Shown piece after piece: positions 57,739 to 64,000 of a DNA stretch of 64,000 bases. Position 1 is the first letter of the stretch. Every line of letters begins with the position of its first letter. The notes below the pieces were generated by a model. That model saw only the letters and a program-made list of their open reading frames with translations, searched no databases and was not told the DNA's origin. The stretch is from Pseudolabrys sp. (GTDB lineage Bacteria > Pseudomonadota > Alphaproteobacteria > Rhizobiales > Xanthobacteraceae), in NCBI GenBank assembly GCA_036519015.1, contig DATDMA010000447.1:33253-97252 (forward strand). The letters are read 5' to 3'. The translations under genes and the position numbers were made by a program.

Positions 57739-59154
57739 ATGCGTTACATATCAACCCGGGGCGAGGCGGCCCCGCTGAATTTCGTCGAGGTGATGCTCGC
57801 AGGGCTCGCCCGCGACGGTGGTCTCTATGTGCCCGAAAGTTGGCCTGCGCTTGCGCCCGGTACCATTGCCGGCTTCGCCGGACGGCCCTATGCCGAGGTG
57901 GCGGTCGAGGTGATGCGCCCCTTCGTCGGCGGTAGTATTCCGGACGCCGATATCGCCCGCATGGCGCAGGAGGCCTACGGCACGTTCCGCCATCCCGCCA
58001 CGGTTCCGCTGGTGCAGCTCAATGCGAGCTTGTTCGTGCTGGAGCTGTTCCACGGGCCGACGCTCGCCTTCAAGGACCTGGCGATGCAGCTGGTGGCGCG
58101 GCTGATGGATTACGCGCTGCGCCAGCGCGGCGAACGCACCACCATCGTGGTGGCGACGTCTGGCGACACCGGCGGCGCCGCGGTCGAGGCGTTCCGGGGC
58201 CGCGCCCAGGTCGATGTGGTCGTGCTGTTCCCGCGCGGCCGCGTCTCCGAGGTGCAGCGGCGCATGATGACGACCGCGGCGGACAGCAATGTACACGCTG
58301 TCGCGATTGAGGGGACTTTCGACGATTGTCAGGCGTTGGTGAAGGCAATGTTCAACCATCACGCCTTCCGCGACAGCGTGCGCCTCTCCGGCGTGAACTC
58401 GATCAACTGGGCGCGCATCGTGGCGCAGGCGGTCTACTACTTCACCGCTGCCGTCGCGCTCGGGGCGCCGCACCGCAAGGTTGCATTCACCGTGCCGACC
58501 GGCAATTTCGGCGACGTCTTCGCCGGCTATGTCGCGTCGAAGATGGGCCTGCCCGTCGATCGCCTTGTTGTGGCCACCAACGTCAACGACATCCTTGCCC
58601 GCACGTTCGCCAGCGGCACCTACGAAACCCGCGACGTGGTAGCGACCGCGTCGCCGTCGATGGACATTCAGATCTCGTCGAATTTTGAGCGGCTGTTGTT
58701 CGACGCTTACGACCGCGACGCGCATGCGGTGCGCTCGCTGATGGGATCGCTGGCGCAGTCGCGCCGCTTCTCGGTGTCAGCGCACGCGCTGGAAAAGATG
58801 CGCGCGCTGTTTTCGGCCGACCGCGCCGACGAGCAGGAAAGCGCCGCGACTATCCGCGCCTGGATGCGCGAGGCCTCTTATTGCGCCGATCCGCACACGG
58901 CAGTCGGCTTGGCCGTGGCCGAAAAGGAAACGCGCGATCCGTCGGTACCGATGGTTGTGCTCTCGACTGCGCATCCGGCCAAGTTTCCCGACGCGGTGAA
59001 GGCGGCCTGCGGGGTCGAGCCGGCATTGCCGGATTGGCTGGGCGACCTATATGCGCGAACTGAGCGCGTCACGGTCCTGCCTGCCGATCAAGGGGCAGTA
59101 GAGCGTTTCGTATCATCGGCGTCGCGAGCGGCGCGTGAAGGAGCAGCGGCATGA
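57739..59154 (+). CDS. thrC: Threonine synthase
   Basis: YISTRG, FHGPTLAFKD, ATSGDTG, NSINWAR, PTGNFG. Confidence 0.97.
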   Translation: MRYISTRGEAAPLNFVEVMLAGLARDGGLYVPESWPALAPGTIAGFAGRPYAEVAVEVMRPFVGGSIPDADIARMAQEAYGTFRHPATVPLVQLNASLFVLELFHGPTLAFKDLAMQLVARLMDYALRQRGERTTIVVATSGDTGGAAVEAFRGRAQVDVVVLFPRGRVSEVQRRMMTTAADSNVHAVAIEGTFDDCQALVKAMFNHHAFRDSVRLSGVNSINWARIVAQAVYYFTAAVALGAPHRKVAFTVPTGNFGDVFAGYVASKMGLPVDRLVVATNVNDILARTFASGTYETRDVVATASPSMDIQISSNFERLLFDAYDRDAHAVRSLMGSLAQSRRFSVSAHALEKMRALFSADRADEQESAATIRAWMREASYCADPHTAVGLAVAEKETRDPSVPMVVLSTAHPAKFPDAVKAACGVEPALPDWLGDLYARTERVTVLPADQGAVERFVSSASRAAREGAAA

Positions 59155-60422
59155 GCGTCGAAGTCACCCGTCTTCCCTCCGGCTTGGCGGTAGTGACCGA
59201 CCGCATGCCGCATCTGGAATCCGCTTCGCTCGGCGTCTGGATCGGCTCCGGCAGCCGCGATGAGAAGCCGGACGAGCACGGCATCTCGCATCTGCTCGAA
59301 CACATGGCCTTCAAGGGCACCAAGCGGCGCACCGCGCGGCAGATCGCGGAGACGATCGAGGCGGTCGGCGGCGACCTCAATGCCGCCACCAGCGTGGAAT
59401 CTACGGCTTATTATGCGCGCGTGCTGAAGGCCGATGTGCCGCTGGCGCTCGACGTGCTCTCCGACATCCTCTCCGCGCCGACCTTCGACCCGGAGGAATT
59501 GCGGCGCGAGCAGAACGTCATCGTGCAGGAGATCGGCGCGACGGAAGACGCGCCTGACGATCTGGTGTTCGATCGCTTGCAGGAGACTGCGTTTCCGAAA
59601 CAACCGGTCGGCCGCTCCATCCTCGGTACGCCGGAGACGGTGCGTTCGTTCACGGCGGCGCGGCTGCGCGCTTATCTGTCGCGCAACTACCGTGGCCCCG
59701 ACATGCTGGTTGCGGCCGCCGGCGCCGTCGACCATCAACAGGTCGTTGCCGAAGTCGAGAAACGCTTTGCCAGCTTCGTCGGACCGGCCGGGCCCGTTCC
59801 GGAGCAGGCGCATTTCAGTGGCGGCATGCGAGTCGAGACGCGCGATCTCGAGCAGGTGCACATCGCCATGGCGCTGCAAGGCCTGCCGGTGAAGGACGAG
59901 AACCTTTACAGCCTCCAGGTCTTCACCAGCGTGCTGGGCGGTGGCATGTCCTCGCGCCTGTTCCAGGAAGTGCGCGAGATCCGCGGCCTCTGCTACGCCA
60001 TCCAGGCCTTCCACATGCCCTATAGCGACACCGGGATGTTCGGCCTCTATGCCGGCACCGATGAAGCCGACGCGCCCGAGCTGATGCGCGTGGTCATCGA
60101 CCAGATCGGCAATGCCACCGACACCATCACCGAGGCCGAGGTCAACCGCGCCAAGGCGCAGATGAAGGCCGGCCTGCTGATGGCGCTGGAGAGCTCGGAG
60201 GCGCGCGTCGGACAGATCGCGCGGCAGATGCTGGCCTACGGCCGGCCGATCGCGCTCGACGAGATCGTCGCCAAGGTCGATGCCGTGACGGTGGAGAGTA
60301 CGCAGGCCGCGGGCCGCGCGCTGGTTGAGCGCGGGCGGCCGGCGATCGCCGCGCTCGGGCCCGGAAGCGGACTTGAAAGCACGGCCGCAATCGCGGAAAG
60401 TCTTGTGCGACGCGCGGCCTGA
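59151..60422 (+). CDS. M16 (pitrilysin/MPP-like) peptidase
   Basis: GISHLLEHMAFKGT, GGGMSSRLFQEVRE. Confidence 0.95.
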   Translation: MSVEVTRLPSGLAVVTDRMPHLESASLGVWIGSGSRDEKPDEHGISHLLEHMAFKGTKRRTARQIAETIEAVGGDLNAATSVESTAYYARVLKADVPLALDVLSDILSAPTFDPEELRREQNVIVQEIGATEDAPDDLVFDRLQETAFPKQPVGRSILGTPETVRSFTAARLRAYLSRNYRGPDMLVAAAGAVDHQQVVAEVEKRFASFVGPAGPVPEQAHFSGGMRVETRDLEQVHIAMALQGLPVKDENLYSLQVFTSVLGGGMSSRLFQEVREIRGLCYAIQAFHMPYSDTGMFGLYAGTDEADAPELMRVVIDQIGNATDTITEAEVNRAKAQMKAGLLMALESSEARVGQIARQMLAYGRPIALDEIVAKVDAVTVESTQAAGRALVERGRPAIAALGPGSGLESTAAIAESLVRRAA

Positions 60423-60449
60423 CCAACCGGAGCGCTCGCCGGCACCGCC

Positions 60450-61034
60450 ATGGCGTTCTTCCGCACTGTCAGCTTCGGCGACATCATTCCGGCCATCACC
60501 GGCAAGGGAGTCCTGCTGCGCACGCCCGTGAGCAGCGACTTCGCCGAATGGGCCTCGGTGCGGGAGCGCAGCCGCGACTTCCTCACCCCCTGGGAGCCGA
60601 CCTGGCCGGCCGAGGACCTCACCCGCAGCGCCTTCCGCCGGCGGCTCAAGCGCTACGCCGAGGACCAGCGCGGCGACCTCGCCTATGCCTTCCTCATCTT
60701 CCGCAACGACGACGGCGCCCTGGTCGGCGGGCTGACGCTGGCCAACATCCGGCGCGGCGTGGCCCAGGCCGGCAGCATCGGCTATTGGGTCGGCGAGCCC
60801 TTTGCCCGCATGGGCTATATGACCGCCGCCGTGAGGGCCCTGATCCCTTTCTGTTTCGGCACTTTGCGGCTGCATCGGCTGGAGGCGGCCTGTATTCCGG
60901 GCAACGCCGCCTCGATCGGCCTCCTGGAGAAGACCGGCTTCAAGCGCGAGGGCTACGCACGCGGCTACCTCTGCATCAACGGCATCTGGCAGGACCACCT
61001 GCTCTATGCCCGCCTGAGGGACGACCCGGATTGA
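60450..61034 (+). CDS. rimJ: RimJ-like GNAT N-acetyltransferase
   Basis: FLTPWEP, GSIGYW, LHRLEAAC, EGYARGYLCINGIWQDH. Confidence 0.88.
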   Translation: MAFFRTVSFGDIIPAITGKGVLLRTPVSSDFAEWASVRERSRDFLTPWEPTWPAEDLTRSAFRRRLKRYAEDQRGDLAYAFLIFRNDDGALVGGLTLANIRRGVAQAGSIGYWVGEPFARMGYMTAAVRALIPFCFGTLRLHRLEAACIPGNAASIGLLEKTGFKREGYARGYLCINGIWQDHLLYARLRDDPD

Positions 61035-61193
61035 CCCCGGCCGGGCGGACCAATACGCCGCCTTAATACGTCGGCTTTATACATGGCCGTAACCCGCCGC
61101 CTTGATGGGCCGGCCCAGTACCGCCTTGGGCTCGCCACGCTTGGCTTGCTATAAGGCCGGTTTGGGGACCTCTTTAGAAACGCGAGCAAAGAG

Positions 61194-61883
61194 ATGGGTG
61201 GGGAGCTTAACCGACACGCGGCGCCGGCAGGGGCCGCGCTGGCTATGGTTGCGGCGCTGGCCTTGGCCGGCTGCGGCAGCACGAGCACCAGCAGCCTTTT
61301 GACCACATCGCCGCTGGACCTGTTCAAGACGTCGTCGAAGGCCACGGCCACCGATGCCAACGCAGCGGCCGGCGCCCCCGAGGCCGACACCGACATCGAA
61401 TGTCCGGGGGTCCAGGTGCGCAATGGCGCATCGACCCTGATCATCGGGAGCAAGCCGGGTCAGGCCGAGCCGGCCGCTCTCGATATTCGCTATCAGGGCA
61501 GCCTCATCCGCACCGCGCGCGAATGCCACGTCGCCAACGGCGTCATGACCATGAAGGTCGGGATCGAAGGCCGCGTCATCACCGGCCCGGCCGGCGGCCC
61601 CGGTACGGTCGACGTGCCGCTGCGCATCGCGGTCGTGCAGGAAGGCGTCGCGCCGAAGACTATCACCTCGAAATTCGGCAAAGAGAGCGTGACGGTCTCC
61701 GCGGACGTCGACCGCGTCACCTTCACCCACATCGAGCCCGATATCAGCTTCCCGCTGCCGCAGCCGGCGGGCAATATCGATTCCTACGTGATCTATGTCG
61801 GCTTCGATCCGCTCGGCGCCCCGCCGGAAAAGAAGCGGCCGCCGGCCAAGCGCAAGTCCGCGGCGAAGCCGAAGCAAAGCTGA
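61194..61883 (+). CDS. Uncharacterised lipoprotein
   Basis: Lipobox LAGC, CPGVQVRNG, TARECH, YVIYVGFD. Confidence 0.85.
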   Translation: MGGELNRHAAPAGAALAMVAALALAGCGSTSTSSLLTTSPLDLFKTSSKATATDANAAAGAPEADTDIECPGVQVRNGASTLIIGSKPGQAEPAALDIRYQGSLIRTARECHVANGVMTMKVGIEGRVITGPAGGPGTVDVPLRIAVVQEGVAPKTITSKFGKESVTVSADVDRVTFTHIEPDISFPLPQPAGNIDSYVIYVGFDPLGAPPEKKRPPAKRKSAAKPKQS

Positions 61884-61891
61884 GGGGCTCC

Positions 61892-62025
61892 TGTCCCGGG
61901 CGCAGCGCAGCACGTCTTCGTGGTGCGCTGCAGACCCGGGACCTTCGCAAATTCGGAGATTGATACGGTCCCGGATCTGCAGCGCAACACTACGCTAACG
62001 CTCGTGTTGCGCCGCGTCCGGGACA
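61892..62025. repeat. Palindromic intergenic repeat (TGTCCCGG...GCAGCGC type)
   Basis: TGTCCCGGGCGCAGCGCA...CCCGGGACC...GGTCCCGG...GTCCGGGACA. Confidence 0.85.
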
Positions 62026-62032
62026 AGAGCTC

Positions 62033-62728
62033 CTACCACCCGCGCAGATCCATCACCGCGCTCTTGAGCGCACGCATGTCGGTGATCACCGTGCGGGCGC
62101 CGGCCGCGATCAGGTTCGTGCCGAGCTGGCTGCCGGCGTGGCTGCCGCCGACGAAGCCGATCACCGTCATGCCGGCGGCGAAGCCCGCGGCGACGCCGAC
62201 CGCCGAATCCTCCACCACGATGCATTCGCGCGGCAGCACGCGCATCATCTTGGCGGCGTGCAGGAACAGGTCCGGCGCCGGCTTGCCGCTGGTGACGTCG
62301 CTTGCGGAGAAGAGATAAGGCTCGAAGAAGCGGATGAGGTCCGTGCTCTCCAGGCTCACGCGGATGCGCTCGAGCGAGGAGGACGAGGCCACGCATTTTG
62401 GACCGCGCAGCCAGGACAGCGCGTGCGCCGCGTGCGCGGTCGCGCGCAGCTCCGCGCGGAAGCGTTGCAGGGTCGTCGCGGCGACGGTGGCGGCGAATTC
62501 GACCGGCAGCTTGCGACCGGCTGCGATCTCGACCTCGCCGAACATGTCGGTCTGGCGCCGACCGGTGAAATAGCGCGCGACAAGGTCAGGCGTCACCGGA
62601 AAGCCGGCCCGCATGAATTCCTGCGACACGATGCTTGTTGCCAACGGCTCGCTGTCGACCAGCACGCCGTTGCAATCGAAGATGACCACAGGTCCCCCGA
62701 CGCTGCGGCCGGTTCTTCCGGCCCCCAC
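62033..62728 (-). CDS. HAD-IA family hydrolase
   Basis: IFDCNGVLVDSE (DxN variant), GKPAPD, VVEDS. Confidence 0.88.
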   Translation of the reverse strand: MGAGRTGRSVGGPVVIFDCNGVLVDSEPLATSIVSQEFMRAGFPVTPDLVARYFTGRRQTDMFGEVEIAAGRKLPVEFAATVAATTLQRFRAELRATAHAAHALSWLRGPKCVASSSSLERIRVSLESTDLIRFFEPYLFSASDVTSGKPAPDLFLHAAKMMRVLPRECIVVEDSAVGVAAGFAAGMTVIGFVGGSHAGSQLGTNLIAAGARTVITDMRALKSAVMDLRGW

Positions 62729-62840
62729 GCAATGTCACGAATCAGTTGTGGAAGGTACTTCTCGCGCGCTGATACGCATAGCCTGCATGGAACAGGTGGT
62801 AGAATAATAACGGTGAAGATATATGAGAATCGTGCCCAAA

Positions 62841-62874
62841 ACGAAAATGGCCGGGGCGAGCCCGGCCATTTCGT
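62841..62874 (-). terminator. Terminator of the atp F0 operon
   Basis: GAAAATGGCCGGG-gcga-GCCCGGCCATTTC hairpin downstream of atpF. Confidence 0.75.
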
Positions 62875-62898
62875 ATCGGAGAGGCTTTCGAACGCCGC

Positions 62899-63384
62899 TC
62901 AGTTGAGCTTCTTGCGCACGTCCTCGATGCCCTTGGCGATCAGCGCGTTGGCGCGTTCGCCCTTGGCTTCCAGCGTCAGGATGCGCTCGGCGGCGGCGAC
63001 GGCGGCCTCGGCCGCGGCGATGCGCACGTCGGCGGCGGCCTGGGCTTCGGCCTGCGCGATCTTGGTCTCGGCCATCTTGGTGCGGCGGGCGACGAATTCC
63101 TCGATCTTGACCTTGGCCTCAATCGCCATGCGCTCGGCCTCGGCCTTGGCGCCCGAGATGATCCCCTCCGCCTCGCTCTCGGCCTCGTGCCGCCGGCGCT
63201 CATACTCGGCCAGCAACTGCGCGGCCTCTTCCTTGAGCTTGCGGGCCTCGTCGAGCTCCGCCTTGATGCGGGCGGCCCGTTCGTCGAGCGCCTTGGTCAC
63301 CAGTTTGGGCACGCCGACATAGATGAGCACCCCGGCGAACACGAGGAAGGCCAGCGTGACCCAAACTTCTGTGTCTTGAAGCAT
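62899..63384 (-). CDS. atpF: ATP synthase F0 subunit b
   Basis: N-terminal TM helix, [15 protein letters not shown], alanine-rich coiled coil. Confidence 0.93.
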   Translation of the reverse strand: MLQDTEVWVTLAFLVFAGVLIYVGVPKLVTKALDERAARIKAELDEARKLKEEAAQLLAEYERRRHEAESEAEGIISGAKAEAERMAIEAKVKIEEFVARRTKMAETKIAQAEAQAAADVRIAAAEAAVAAAERILTLEAKGERANALIAKGIEDVRKKLN

Positions 63385-63396
63385 CGCCAGCCCCTC

Positions 63397-63945
63397 TTAG
63401 TTCTTGAGCGCGCCGGCGACGGCGTCGCTCACCGCCTGGTCGCTCGGCACAGTGCCGAGCAGCCGCTCGATGATGGCGCGGGTGGCGTCCTCGGCGATGC
63501 CGCGGACATTCACCATGGCGGCCTGCTTGGTGGCGGCGATGGTCTTCTCGGCCTCCGCCAGCTTGCCGTTGAGCTCGTCCTCGAGCGTCTTGCGGCGGGC
63601 CGCTGCCTCGGCGGCCTGCCTGTCGCGGGTCTCGTTGGCGAGGGCCTGCGCGCGGGCGCGGGCATCGGCCAGCGCCTTTTCGTAAGCCGCCACCGCCTCG
63701 TCGGACCGCGTCTTCAGCCGTCCGGCCTCGGCGATGTCGCCATCGATCGCCTTCTGCCGGTTATCGATGATCGCGGCCACGCGCGGCAGCGCCAGCTTCG
63801 ACATCAGCGCGTAGAGCAGGACGAAGGCGATCGCGAGCCAGATGAGCTGCGACGCGAAGGTATGCGCGTCGAATGGCGGAAAGTTGCCGTGTTCCTCGCT
63901 CTTCGGAACGTGCTCGGTCACTGTGGTGTGCGTCGTCTCGGCCAT
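63397..63945 (-). CDS. ATP synthase F0 subunit b'
   Basis: FPPFD..TFASQLIWLAIAF...LPR, coiled coil. Confidence 0.93.
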   Translation of the reverse strand: MAETTHTTVTEHVPKSEEHGNFPPFDAHTFASQLIWLAIAFVLLYALMSKLALPRVAAIIDNRQKAIDGDIAEAGRLKTRSDEAVAAYEKALADARARAQALANETRDRQAAEAAARRKTLEDELNGKLAEAEKTIAATKQAAMVNVRGIAEDATRAIIERLLGTVPSDQAVSDAVAGALKN

Positions 63946-63976
63946 CGTCAGCTCCAGCGCCTGGGCGCGCTTCTTC

Positions 63977-64000
63977 CTAGAGCGCGAACAGCAACAGCAG
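63977..64000 (-). CDS. atpE: ATP synthase subunit c, last 7 codons (partial)
   Basis: Minus strand CTG CTG TTG CTG TTC GCG CTC TAG = LLLLFAL*, at the expected position before b'. Confidence 0.75.
   Translation of the reverse strand: MLLLFAL

Overview
GC-rich alphaproteobacterial chromosome segment (Hyphomicrobiales, Xanthobacteraceae/Bradyrhizobiaceae-like by gene content and order). The core backbone is TIGR02186/TauE/podJ, a fatty-acid beta-oxidation cluster, a RecD-like helicase, gshA, ybaK, lepB-tldD, ialB, the aa3 cytochrome c oxidase operon, thrC-M16 peptidase-rimJ and the 3' end of the ATP synthase F0 operon. The most unusual structure is at about 2.3-10.4 kb. Two degenerate direct-repeat copies of the 3' part of the TIGR02186 gene (4684-4768 and 7478-7659) separate successive gene cassettes, which suggests serial capture of foreign DNA at the 3' end of a protein-coding gene, with no integrase in view. 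The cassettes carry a MetOD1 sensor + HisKA_2 kinase + receiver module, a DUF4331/HupE pair, a DUF1236 gene and a Tat-dependent GMC dehydrogenase. Features missed by the ORF track include a 24-aa membrane sORF behind a sigma-EcfG-type promoter, a cuckoo-like three-hairpin sRNA after a DUF1127 gene, an HxlR-SCP2 pseudogene, CtrA/LacI/LysR boxes and about a dozen palindromic intergenic repeats. All family assignments are from motif recognition by eye; no searches were run.
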